From Catajapyx aquilonaris (lineage: Eukaryota): DNA of 64,000 nucleotides. The position numbers and the translations under genes are program-made. The stretch covers positions 1-64,000 of the forward strand of contig KZ537955.1 of NCBI GenBank assembly GCA_000934665.2. The letters are read 5' to 3'. Numbering within the stretch: the first letter of the stretch is position 1; each line of letters begins with the position of its first letter. This document shows, piece after piece, positions 18,289 through 30,400 of this stretch. The notes below the pieces were generated by a model, which saw nothing but the letters and a program-made list of their open reading frames with translations, was not told where the DNA came from and searched no databases.

Positions 18289-20400
18289 ATGGACGCGACG
18301 TACATCGGTGTGGTCGACTATGTTTTCTTTCTCGGCACCCTCGTCATATCCATGGCCATCGGAGTGTATTTCGCATTTGCTCAAAAGAAGCAAACTGCAA
18401 AAGAGCTGCTTGCAGCTGACGACATGTCCATTTGGCCCATTACTTTTTCGCTCCTGGCCGCATCGCTATCTGGAATATCAATCTTAGGTGAGATCAGCCG
18501 TCGTATGTAATTCATCCGGATAACGATGCTGAATTGTAGGTTTCCCGACTGAGGTATACTCGTTCGGCACTTTGATCGTGGAAGTGACCGTCGCACAACT
18601 TGTGTTCATACCGCTCTTTGGGTTCATCATAATGCCAATTTTTTACAAGCTGAAGCTCACCAGTGTGTACGAGGTATGTCGTTATCATGTCAATAGATTA
18701 CGGGCTAATTGTTGTTGAAATTATCCAGTACTTGGAGATGCGGTACCATTGTCGGTACGTGCGATGGCTGGCCATGTCCGTCTTCCTTTTGGAGGAGGTC
18801 ATGTACCTCGGAGTCGTCCTGTTCGCACCGTGTGTGGCCCTAAACGCCGTGGTCAACATCCCCGTTTGGCTTGCCATTTTGATCGTCGGAGGATGTGCGA
18901 CTATATACACGGCCATCGTTAGTAATTAACGTAAGTCGCAAGTCCCTCTCGGTTTTAATCTGAAATTTTGCCGTTGCTAGGGAGGATTCAAAGCGGTGGT
19001 TTGGATCGAGTTCTTCCAGTCGTTCATAATGCTGGCGGGACTCCTCGCCGTTATCATCCAAGGAGCCATCAACGTCGGAGGATTCTCAAACGCCTTCGAG
19101 ATACTCGACGCCCACCAGAGGTTCAACTTTCTCGAGTCAGTACATTGTTATTCCTTATAGTATTTTCCTAATAATTTTGAATCGGTTGCCCGTTATTTTC
19201 CAGCTTCCGCACTGATCCGTTTATCCGCCAAACGAGCCTCGGACTGTTCTTCAGCCAGGGTCTGTTGTGGGGCGGACTCTACTCGACTTTCCCTGTGCAC
19301 GTTCTCAGATTTTGCAGCATGCGGAGTCTCCGTGACGTGAAGAAGACGCTGCTTCTGAGTGCCGTCGTGATGGCCATCATGGTCGTTCTGACCGTTTTGT
19401 GCGGGGTGTTCATTTTCGCTACGTACGCCGACTGCGACCCGTTAAAGCGAGGGCTTATATGGAGGAGTGATCAGGTATTGCCGTTCTTTGTGGTCGAATA
19501 CTTGGCTGTGATCCCTGGGCTTCTAGGATTGTTTATGGCCGCGTTGTTCAGCGGTACGTTAAGTTCGATATCGTCCAACGTGAACGCGATGACCACCATA
19601 CTGTGGGAGGATTGTTTGAAGCGTACGACCGTGTTCGGACAGATGGACGACAAGCAGCAGAATTATGTGGTCAAAGCGATTGCGCTGAGTGCCGGATGCA
19701 TGGGAATGGCCTTTTCGTTCATAGCTGGAAACCTGGGAGAGATTTTGACCGTGGCTATGTCGCTCACTGGCGCAACTAGAGGGTGCATCTTGGGGTTGTT
19801 CGTGCTCAGTTTGTTCTTCCCGTTCGTGGAGAAGAGAGGTGCAGCCGCAGGGTTCGTCACGGCCGTGGCGTTAATGCTGGGGTTGGCAGGGATGAGCGTC
19901 AGCTACAGACACGCTTTCCCACCGTTGCCGACAACCGTCGACGGATGCAGTGAGAATGTGACGATCGCTGCGTCCACAATCGCAAGTATCATTGACGGAA
20001 GACAGCCTGGGGAAAGTATAGTGTAAGTAATGCTGATAATTGAACCGTAGCGAACGTCTAATTGTTAATGCGATTGTAGGGATTGGCCTGAACGCATCTT
20101 CACGTTATCGTACGTTCTCATTCCGCTTATGGGTGTGTCCATCACGCTTTTGGTCGGCTGCACCGTCAGCCTCGTTGTTCGTAAGTATGCTCACTTATTA
20201 CCAGGTCACTTAAACTCAATAATGCTCAAATTACAGGTGGCCAACTTCCGCTGTCGGATCTCGAAGGCTTGGTTCATCCGGGGATCCTCCGCGTCTATCA
20301 TCGTCTCCTGAAAAGAATCGGGCTACCTTCCGACCCACCTCAAAAGCCGATCATAACTATACAAATGAGCGCAACAATTGAAGCAGATCCGAAGTTATAG
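18289..20400 (+). CDS. SLC5 sodium:solute symporter (SMCT/SMVT-like), tandem copy 2
   Basis: Same family motifs (GGFKAVVWIE, YADCDPL, GLFMAALFSGTLSSIS). Exons 18289-18487, 18540-18673, 18729-18917, 18981-19135, 19204-20022, 20080-20180, 20237-20400. Confidence 0.93.
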
Positions 20401-20488
20401 GTACCAAATGTTTTTATTAAGGCGGCAGTCTTACAGCGAGATAGATTATTTTAATAAATAAGTGGGCTAGTATGGGCGTCGTTTCTTC

Positions 20489-22581
20489 TTACGTCGGACA
20501 AGGCAGCTGCTCCCACTGGAGGCAGAACCCTTTGTTGTGGCAGCCCGAGTCGACGACGACTGCTCCGTGGCCGGCCACTGCCACGGTTCCGGATGCGGCT
20601 GAGCCAGACGATCCGGAAGCCACCACCGTTGCTTGTGTGGCTGCGGACCCATGTACATCGATGTGACTTCCGCCAGCACCAAGGTCTATTCCGCCAACTC
20701 CAAGACCTACGGTGCTGCCAGTAGAGCTGATCACAGATGTCGGTGCAATGGACACATGCACGGCTGGATGGACATCGATGCTACCGTTTACATGTGCCGC
20801 AGTTGTGTTGATGTGGGCGGCAACGGTCGCATTGGGATGGACATGTGCAGCAGTAACGTTGGCATGACCAGTTGCGTTTGTAAGACCATGTGCGGCGCTA
20901 ACATTAGCAGCGAGGTGTGCGGATGCGGTTGTAGGATGGGCGACTGTGGTTAAAGCAGGTGTGGTCGCAGCATGTGTCGTTGCAACGGTGGGTTTGGTAG
21001 CAGCAAGTGTGGTTTGGCCAGCAGCATTTGCAGCGGCGGCGGCATTTGCAGCGGCTGCAGCGTCTGCCGTAGAATGTGCAGCGGCATCAGCATTGGCGTG
21101 AGCAGTAGCGCTGGCAGCTGCATTGGCACTTGCGGACGCAGCGTTATTGCAGTTGCACTTGCAATCGTCAGCACGTGCTTGCCTCGGATTGACTTCATCT
21201 TCGACGCTGTCCGTTACCACTTTGATGAAAAATGGATGCCTAACCGCAGCTGCAATTGATACGTAAAACGGATGTCAGTAAATCAATCGACATTACATAC
21301 GCAGGTACTTACAAATGACAGGCCCGTCAATCTCCGCGCCGCTCAGTGGGTTGAGCTTTCCTCCGCAGAATCTGTCCACCGTCCTGGCTCCCATCAGTGC
21401 GTGTCCCGCTGGAATGACCAGGTAGTCATTTTGACACTGCAGATCTCCGCTCAGCGCTACCGACTTGTGTCCGCACCGTCCGCTCAGTGAGAAGCTCTGC
21501 GACTCCTCGCAAGCCGTCCACTGGAAAGAGACGCCCCGATATTACACTTGCACATTAATTTTCTTTATGAAGCGGACACACCTTGATGCTGCAGTGTCCT
21601 CGTTCAGTCTTGATGCATATCTTGTAGTTAAGGCTCGCCAGGTGATGTCCGTTACCGTCGTAGTTGAAAATCTTGGCAAACCCGGACGTCCCGGTAAGAT
21701 GCTGGAGGCATCCGCTGGGCGCTCTCTCCGCAACGTTGCATCCAATCTGGGTAGCCCTGATCTTCCACCTCCGCAGTCCTTCTCCCCGCGTGCTAAATCG
21801 GAGCGTGATGGTCGGCTCCTCAAAGTCCAAGTACACTGTAAATGCATAAAACCGTCATGCTTGGAACGTATCGCAACAACCCAGTACATACTATGCTGTC
21901 CGTGATTGACTCCGCACATAGCAGGCACGAACCCAGCCGCTCCAGTAACCTCCATCCGATCATGTATGCACAGCCCATGAGGTTTAGCCGGACCCCGCAC
22001 CTCAAACACCTCGAAATCAAGCCGAACCTGGCAAAAACCTTCCTTTCTGTGGACAGTAAAGTCGCAAGATCCCGGCTGGGACGTCGGGGAAGGGAACTCG
22101 TGGCTCACAAACGCACTCGCTTCATGCCTAGACTTCTTCCCACACTTGTACGGAACTGCAATTAGAGAGGAAAAATTACTGTACTGGTTAAAGATATACG
22201 GTACTCGTTCAAGATATTCGGTACTGGTTAAGGATATTCGGTAGTGGCGAAAGATGTACGGTACTCGTTTACAAATTATGCTGTATGTTCTTACATATGC
22301 AGCAGTCACTGACTCCCATAAGGCAGCTTCCGACCTTGTAGCCGCCAGTCAGTTCGCAAAGACCTTTGACCTGGCAGAGACCTACTTCTCCGCCGTCTCC
22401 GGTGCATCGCTGCTCAAACAATGGCAGCTGGAACACTAGATAAGCGCGGAATTTAGCAATTGTACGTAACAACGTACGACGGACACTTACGCTGCCGCTG
22501 TTCGCTTTCGTCGTCGTCCTTATGAAGAAAAGGCGTGCCCGACGCTACGGCCAGAACGAACAAGAGGGTAAGGAACTCCAT
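20489..22581 (-). CDS. Secreted arthropod-type CUB-domain protein with an N-terminal clip-like Cys module and a low-complexity insertion
   Basis: Signal peptide MEFLTLLFVLAVASG; C-x-C..CC module; CQVRLDF, CGVNHGQHMYLD, WKIRATQIGC, APSGCLQH, FNY, YKICIK, CQNDYLVIP, DRFCG, and terminal NKGFCLQWEQLPC. Exons 22581-22491, 22435-22295, 22155-21892, 21835-21582, 21520-21313, 21249-20489. Confidence 0.88.
22181..22270. repeat. Short 20-bp tandem repeat (~gtactggttaaagatatacg, 4-5 copies) in CUB gene intron 2
   Basis: Direct periodicity is visible. Confidence 0.8.
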
Positions 22582-22963
22582 GACCTCCCGATTCCTCCTG
22601 CACTGGACAAATGGAACTGTACGGAAGCCTGGCCCTTCCTTTTATAATCTTAGCCTTTAGGTGGAGCATACCTCGGCCAGAAATAGTAAAGTGCAGTTTC
22701 AGATCAGGAGATTAAGAGGATCAGTCCAGTTACAAGCCTTTTGTGTACGGGTTTAAGAGGAAATTCCAGGGGTTCCTCTTATCCCTTCAAAAGGTCAACA
22801 GCCTCTCTGGTATTTCAGGCTCAAAAAGGAACAAGGGTGAAAGACCTTGAAATTAATCCGTTGGAACCTATTTTTATATTTATTAACAATTACAGTGGAT
22901 CAAATGTACATGTGTATAGCTGGAGTACACTGGACACCACAGGGGACAATTAGTCTAAGCATT

Positions 22964-24463
22964 TTACGGATCCTTTGCGACTCCAACTAAGGCGGGTCTT
23001 ATCACTCTTTCCTTCAGTTTGTATCCCACTTTCGAAACAATTATCACTGTGCCCGCTTCCTTCCCTTCCACCACCTGGAATTGAAAAACAACATTGCGAT
23101 TACACAATCAGTTGAAAGGGGAAAAAAAGAAGCGTCCATTAGTTGAAGCGATACCTGTTGAAAAAGTGCTTCGTGCATGTTTGGATCGAACTTCTCTCCG
23201 ACGGGATCAATCTGCGCCAGGCCGTGCCTGCGGAAGACCTGGTGCAGCTGGGCTTCCGTCATGTTGAGTCCTTCGTACAGGCTCTTCAAGTACGGGTTGC
23301 CCTCTCCGACCTCCTTCTCCGGTACGCTCTCCGTCGCCTTCCCCAGGATGTCCGCCACCTCCAGAAGATCCTTGCAGAATCCCTGGATCCCAAACACCTT
23401 CGCATCCTCAATCTGCTTGGTCAGACGCTTCCGCATGTTCTCGCTCTCGGCCAGTGCTCTCTTGTACTTGTCCTTTAATGAAAATAAAAAAAAAGGGGGG
23501 CGGTCAGGTCACTTCGAAAGCATGTGACATACCCGAGGGGTTAGTCACTTGATACTATATTGTATGATGGACTGCACGGACTTCATAGACTTCATGAACT
23601 TTGTGAAGACTTCACAAACTTCGACCGGACGTCATGGACTTTGTCCGGACTTTTTACGGATTTCACGGACTTCGACCGGACGTCATGGACTTTGTCCAGA
23701 CATCGACCAGACTTCACAGACTTCGGCTGGACGTCATGGACTTTGTCCGGACTTCACAAACTTCGACCGGACATCACAAACTTCGGCTGGACGTCGTGGA
23801 CTTTGTCCGGACTTCACGAACTTCGACCGGACTTCATGGACTTTTTACGGACTTCACGGACTTCGACGGGACTTCTTGTACTTTTCACGGACTACAACTG
23901 GACTTCATGGACTTGTCCGACCTTCGACTGTACTTCGTGGACTTTGTCCGGACTTCATGACCTTCTTTATGGACTTCATGGACTTTTTGTACGAACTTTA
24001 GTCTCGATGTATGACATGACTTTGTAAGTGACTAACCCCTCTCTGACATACTCAAGACATATTCAATACATTTTAAATACTAATCATTTTTTGTCCTTAC
24101 ATCGAGCTCCTTGAATTTGTTGTTGGCTTCTGCCAGCTCCTTGTTGAGTCCCTCGATTTCTTTGGCAAGATCGGCGTCTGCTGGCGTCGGTGGCGTCGAG
24201 GGCGTCTTGCCCTGGGCCTCCTCCTGGGCCACGGTCGAGCTGGGGGGGAAAGAAACACGTGCGGATTATTGCATCATCCGCCCCCTTTCTCGTTTTCCTC
24301 CCTTTTTTCTGTTTCAATGTGGCTTATTCTAGTGGTTCTTATGGTCTGACCCGTACTGTGATATTCCATTCCTAGCTGCGGCCGCATTCGCAGAGGACAG
24401 GACCCTCAGATTGGGCCTGGACACCCGGCCCAAAAGGCACCTCACCGCAGCAACAGACGCCAT
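22964..24463 (-). CDS. GrpE: Mitochondrial GrpE nucleotide exchange factor
   Basis: Arg-rich targeting peptide MASVAAVRCLLGRVSRPNLRVLSS; DKYKRALAESENMRKR, FGIQGFCKDLLEVAD, GEKFDPNMHEALF, GYKLKERVIRPALVGV. Exons 24463-~24351 (donor ambiguous), 24239-24101, 23472-23155, 23074-22964. Confidence 0.95.
23565..24000. repeat. Degenerate 9-bp-unit minisatellite (ggacttcac / ttcgaccgg / ttgtccgga) in GrpE intron 2
   Basis: 9-10 nt periodicity. It lacks stops in all three plus frames, which produces spurious ORFs. Confidence 0.9.
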
Positions 24464-24480
24464 CTTTTGAACATATGGGC

Positions 24481-24492
24481 GCCGCCATCTTG
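24481..24492. promoter_or_regulatory. YY1/Pho-type motif GCCGCCATCTTG at the GrpE 5' end
   Basis: Matches the CCGCCATNTT consensus; a second GCCATCTT overlaps the GrpE ATG. Confidence 0.55.
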
Positions 24493-24768
24493 GAAGAAGT
24501 GACGCAATCTGGGGCAGGGTTGCCAGATCAATTTACATTCGATTTTAATCATTATTCATATGTAATTAATGTAACAACATCACTTGCGAGGCCCTCGCGA
24601 GGACTTCATCATAATGTAGATTTGATAACTTTAAAAATTCGATAAGATATATTTAAAATGACATGGGACATCAATTTATACCAATGGTTGCGCCTGTCGA
24701 TACTCGATACCATCTCCGCGACATTTTCAAAATGGAAGGATTTCAAGTGCAAAAGAGTGTGTTAGCCA

Positions 24769-24930
24769 CACATCACCATCACGAGTGACTTTTGGAGGGC
24801 GTGTGACTGTCTGGAAAACGAAGGGCACGAGCACCTTAAAGTGAACCACTCAGTCAACGGCGTGGATCCAGAGACTGGGGCACACACCCAAAATATAGAG
24901 AGAACTTCGAGGGAGGTTCGTGCCAAGCAG
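24769..24930 (+). mobile_element. Merlin (IS1016/ISXO2-like DDE) transposase fragment
   Basis: Translation HITITSDFWRACDCLENEGHEHLKVNHSVNGVDPETGAHTQNIERTSREVRAK carries the family signature SD-W-AY..H..VNHS..VDP..G-HTQNIE. Confidence 0.85.
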
Positions 24931-25009
24931 GTACCAAAAGGTAGGCCGTTCAGTTTCCTGTACTGAATAACTGCGTAGCATAATAGGCATACTGTTACCT
25001 ACTCTCTGA

Positions 25010-25282
25010 GGCATGTATCCGCTGAAGATAGGGCTGTATCCGCTGAAGATATGGCGCTCGCTGTATCTGCTTAAGGTATGGCTGTATCCGCTGAAGGTAG
25101 GTGCTGTATCCGCTGAAAATATGGCTGTATCCGCATGGAAGGAAGGTTAGGTTACCGAGATTAGGTTAGGTAACCAAACCCAACCCAACCTTCCTTCCAT
25201 GCGGGTACAGCCCTATTTTCAGCGGATACAGCGCCCTATTTTCGGCGGACACAGACCCTATCCTAAGTGCTAAGTACCACCC
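25010..25282. repeat. Subterminal repeat array (gctgtatccgctgaa) folded into a palindrome with ~50-bp arms, next to the Merlin fragment
   Basis: Direct copies at 25014-25133 and inverted copies at 25200-25256; arms ~25103-25153 and ~25182-25232. Confidence 0.85.
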
Positions 25283-26271
25283 CGAACGCTGTACGTCGCG
25301 CCCACCTAAACTAGATAATTACCAACAAGGGTACTACTTAAACTTGATTGTGATTAAAAATTAATTAGAACTTAATTTCATTAGGCAAAATTTTCCATAC
25401 CAACTTTGCAGTCAACCTTTTTTTTTAAAAAAAAGCAAATGCAACTTGTTAAATATTTGTAGGGAAAAAATACGTAATTAAAACTTAATAATTGTACGTA
25501 GTACGATATATATGCACAAAATGTATGAAGTGTATGAAATGTATGAAGTGTATGAAGTGCTTTTATGCCAAAAATATGCAATATTACCTGCGAATGGTTT
25601 TCTGTCAAATGAACACCACGATTTAAAATGTGCAATTCAAAAGAAATGACTTCACTTTAATAATTAATGTATGGCTGACTTAAATGACATCTGGTACCTG
25701 GTTAGAAATACGGGAATAATTAGTATGGGAAGTGAAAAAACACACATTTGAATTCAAAATTTTAATTTATTTTGCATGTCTTCAACTTCGTAACATATCA
25801 GGTCAACATCCCATAGTCATGTTTTTTTATTTTAAAAAAAAACTTTTGACCTCCACAAGTCTTGTCACCCACACAATTATTCGCACAACCTTTCACTATT
25901 GTTCTCAGCACAATCAACGTTAGTATAAACCTACTCTCAATCATACAACCAACCGGAGAGAAAGCACCAATTTTTTTATAATTATTGTTATTAAAAAACC
26001 GGTGTCAACACATCACTCGGCTTGAGCTTGGCTTGCGACTTGTTTTTGAGATGGGAACTTCTTCGGCTCTTAGGTATCACAACATAGGCTAAGTGATGCT
26101 AAAGGGGGGATTTCCTCTGCATTGCTCAGGCATAACATTAAACAGGACATTATTTAGAGTCATCGGTGACTTATAGGTACAAAAATTTGCTTCCTTTTTT
26201 TCATATATAAATGAGCAACAAACAAACATTACATGAACCTTGGCACACAAGTCAAAAAAAAAAAAAAAAAA

Positions 26272-26298
26272 NNNNNNNNNNNNNNNNNNNNNNNNNNN
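26272..26298. other. Assembly gap (N run) after a poly-A tract
   Basis: Run of n characters; a single n also occurs at 50382 within a poly-G run. Confidence 0.99.
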
Positions 26299-26444
26299 GG
26301 CGGTCAGGGTACAAAAATTACAAACTAGAATTAATTGACCAAACCAGGGGACGCGGGACAAAGTAAAACCCACTTTTTTATATATATAAATCAAAGCGAC
26401 TAGGACATCTCCAAACTTATAACTTATTCACAAAATCAGTAATT

Positions 26445-26561
26445 CCCCGATTGCTCCAACTAAAATTACCGATTCGATAGCTCGTAACGGATCCATGTTA
26501 AAAATGGCTCCTAACGATTAGGAGCTATCGAATCGGTAATTTCAGTTGGTGCAATCCAGGG
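26445..26561. mobile_element. MITE-like element with ~35-bp terminal inverted repeats
   Basis: gattgctccaactaaaattaccgattcgatagctc ... gagctatcgaatcggtaatttcagttggtgcaatc, with 2 mismatches. Confidence 0.75.
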
Positions 26562-27438
26562 CGTAAGTGTAATACTGTCCCTGCCTTTCTTTTTTTAATG
26601 CCAAAAAACACAGGTAGCTTTTTTAGTTAGCGTCAGGGGGATATGTCGCAAAGGCTTCCATTCCACCAACTTTTCAGTCAACCTTTAAAACAAAACAAAA
26701 AGCAAGTGGTGCAACTTGTTAAATATTTGTAGGGAAAAAAAAAACTTGCATCGCGCCTGCACAATAAAAAGTCGTGAAGCTAATAACTTACGTATCTATA
26801 TGTACAATTTTTTTTTTGGAACTGGCCCAGTGAAACAATTTCTCTTGGTATTATTCGCAAACCAACAATCGCTGATTGGGTGTAAAAATAATCCCAATCC
26901 CACCTCTTTGACAACCTCTCATGAAAACGTGCGTAACATTGCAGGACAACAATTCCTTGCGAGCCATGCTGAGGCAATGGGCACTATTGATTGAAGTGGT
27001 CTTTATTATTTTTTTTAAAGGCACAAAGAATTGAGGAAGTGCACGGCTAAACAGCTGCCCAACGAATTTTATCCTTACTTTTATTTCTTTTAAAAAATAT
27101 AATTTTGCTGGGCATTATTGCGTGGAAAGAGAGACAGAGCGGGATAACGCATTATTATTACGCTCTGCACCCTTCCAAGCAATCGCAAACAGGATCCAAC
27201 AAAAACAAGAATCTGTAAGTCACTTCGAATAAGCGCAGTGTAACCTAAAAAAACCCAAGGGAGGCAGGATATGGTGAGCTCTTCTTTTTGCCTTTTTTTC
27301 CCCCCACGCTTGACGCCTTCCCTGGACCCGACTCCGCTTGAGACGCTCTCTCTTCATTTCCATCACTTTTTACTCCTCAAGACTCTCGCCCCTGACTGAG
27401 ATCGGTGCCTCCGCTGATTGTTAGTTGCCTGGGAATTG

Positions 27439-30400
27439 TTAGTCTCGCGGCAGCCTTTTGCGCGTGATTTTTTTCGCTCTGGGGAGGGTTCCGTAGGTTG
27501 GTGACTGAAATCGGAAAAAAAAACACATTAATAATGAAAAAAACAGCAACTGCATAACAGGTTAATAAAAGCACACTGTTAACAACCTACAATCCGCATG
27601 TCAGTTAACCACATCAACAATTAACTGCAGTACAATATTTACATCACTGCAATACCCTGCGTAAATGAAGGAAGGTCCCAAATTCCTATGCTTTTACAAG
27701 TGAAGGCATTAAATGGTAAAAATACAAGATAACATTTCCAAATGTTTCTTTGAGCCCCGATATGCGGCCGAGATACAGCAACATTACGAAAAATTCTACG
27801 TCATTTCTTATATTTGGAAATTAATTATCATGGCTGCTTCTACCAGTAAATAATGACAACCGTAACCAATAAGGATCGTCAGACTTGTTTATTCTGACGA
27901 ATCCCTGTAAAATTTGGCCGATTAGTTGTTTCTGTTTAGATCCGACCTACTCGGAATTCCATGCTGCAGCTCTTTTTTTTTTTAAACGGCTGAAATCAAA
28001 CTGGGTTAATTATTACCAACAAGCTCCACTCCCGCCATGCAGTTGGAGACCCCTTTTACTTACACAAGAAGGGTGGGCCAAATCCCCTGCTAACCTCCAA
28101 AAACAAAAACAAAAAAAAAACACTGCAATTATCTAACACACACATCTTGACCAGACGCTCTGCTCGCCTCGCTGCAACAATCGAGACACAAAAAAAGCGC
28201 TGTTACGAACGACATTTAAAGCACCCTTCATGAAATGACAAAAGACAACAACAAAAACGCACAAGATGCATCCATGCTGTCAGTGTTCATTAGACGTGTT
28301 AAAAAAAAGAAGAGAGAGCTTAAAACAAAAGCCATTTACCACTTTAAAAACCACCAATCTAATTTCTATAGTTCAGGTGCAGGAGAGATCTACTTCTTGT
28401 CCTTCCCGCCCAACAATGCGGACGATATGGCAGCAGCCACAGAGTGGGCAGAGTGGATTGAGTGCGTGGAGTGGGTCGAGTGTGTTGAGCGGGTGGAAGG
28501 GGTTGGAGACGGAGGAGGAGGAGGCGCAGGCTTAGATTTGAACCAGCGAAGCTTCCCACCAGACTTTTTAGGGGGTTCCGGTGTAGTGGAAATTGGGGGT
28601 GGCGGCGGAGTGGGTGGCGACAGAGGGGGCTTTGGGTGCCAGGCCAGTACGGGCGGCTCAGGGATTGGTTTGCCAGCAAAGGTTGGAGACTTCCTGCTGT
28701 CAGTGACGGTGGGCTTTGCAATCGTCAAGTCTAGATCCGGCTTCTTAGGGGGTATCGCAGGCGCATCATTGAATGAAAAGCTGCCACATGACAAAGGTCG
28801 GCTGGGCTTGACAGTGACAGGTGGGGCAGGAGGGGTGGTTGGCCTCATTGGTGGCTTCGCAATGTCATTGAGAACGGCAGAAATGACCTTTATTGCTGTG
28901 CCTGTGACACTTGCTGATGCCACACTGTTTGTAACAGCTGGTTTTGATTCAGTGGCAGTGACGGCTTTATTGGCAACTGATGGTGTCGATTCGATGCTGG
29001 TTATAATGGGAGAAACAGATGCAGTGCTTGGTGATAGGGTTGGTGTCAACGGAGTGCTTGTTTCAGAAGCGGCTGTTGTCACAGTGGTCACTGCAGGTGT
29101 CGAAACTGAGCTGACTGTGGTGGAAGGCACCTTCAAATCGGATTTCTCCACTTCTACAGCATTACTATTGCCTACAGAATCACTATTGGCAGTTTCGGAT
29201 TCAGGCTTCACAGCGGCATTATCTTCACTGGCAGCAATTTTTGTGTCTACCTTCTCCACAATTTTGATTTCCGTAACGGCTGAATCTTTTTCGTCAGCAG
29301 TAACAGCTACTATATCTGATTCTTTCTTATCTTCCACACGGACAGGTATCTTTGTGTCCTCAGCAACCACCTCTTTTGCTTTAATTTCCACTGCACATTG
29401 CGGCTCTGACACTGCCTTCTCTGCTCCAACTGACAACTCCTTCGCGGTCTCAGTAACTTCCGCAACACATTCATCAATTTGCTTGCAGATAGATTCAGGA
29501 CTGAATGCAGCTTCGTCCTGGGTGCTTGAGTTATCAGTGCGACAAATGTCAGCAGGCTTGGCTTCAATGGCAGTTGGCTCTGACACCGTGGAGGAGCTGC
29601 AGCTCAAACTGCTGTCATCCTCATCAACTGACTGCGCAGTGACCAAACATTGCTTGAGGGAAGGGGTCTTAATGGAAATGATCAGTGGCTGACGCACTGG
29701 GGTGGCAGTGACAGTAGGTTCAGGGCGAGGCACCGCAGCACGAGGAGGTGCCACGGCAGGAGGAGGAACGGCGGGAGTCTCTGGGGCAAAGTTGGTGACA
29801 AGTGTGGTGACGACAGGGGGGGGATGATGGTAAGGCGGTTGCATTGTTGGATGGACCTGCATGACAGGCATTCCTCCTCCCATCATTCCATCTTCGGGGT
29901 ACCAACCAACCAGCAGGGGCCCAGGGATGCCCTTTGAAAACAATCCCTCTGTAGTGTCTACAACTCAGCACATTTAAACATGTCTCCACTTGGTTCACCA
30001 GCGACAGGCTTTGAGGCATGAAACAAGCACGAAAAAAACAACTTCTGCTTGCCCCTTGAACCCACCCATTATGGGCCTCTTTAAAAGCGCAGCTGTACTG
30101 ATCTGAATATGTATAGTTTGTCCCTCATGAACCAAACACCCACTATAATAACTGTCAAAAGTGAGATAAACAACCTAGTGATAGGCATAAATATCCTTAG
30201 GTCAAACGAGGTTATCTGACCATACCAGGAAAACAGAGACAGGAATAATCTTTGTGGAGTCCAAACTCACCACATTTAACCACTACTGATTCTTAGTGTC
30301 AAAAATATGAGAGAAATATATTTGAAGTTTTATAAAACCATATGGTTGCGTAAACACCAAGCTTTTTCTATACAACTTATTTGAAAATATGTGCTCCAGT

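Noticed and set aside
20472..21259. Cys/Gly-rich plus-strand ORFs resembling metallothionein or keratin-associated proteins
   Set aside because: They are the reverse complement of Ala/Thr/His codons in the last exon of the CUB gene.
23549..24027. Three overlapping repetitive ORFs of 108-155 aa
   Set aside because: Produced by a stop-free 9-bp minisatellite inside a GrpE intron on the opposite strand.
28235..29692. 485-aa plus-strand ORF
   Set aside because: Antisense shadow of the Pro/Thr/Ser-rich minus-strand exon; no family motif and no coding-like start.
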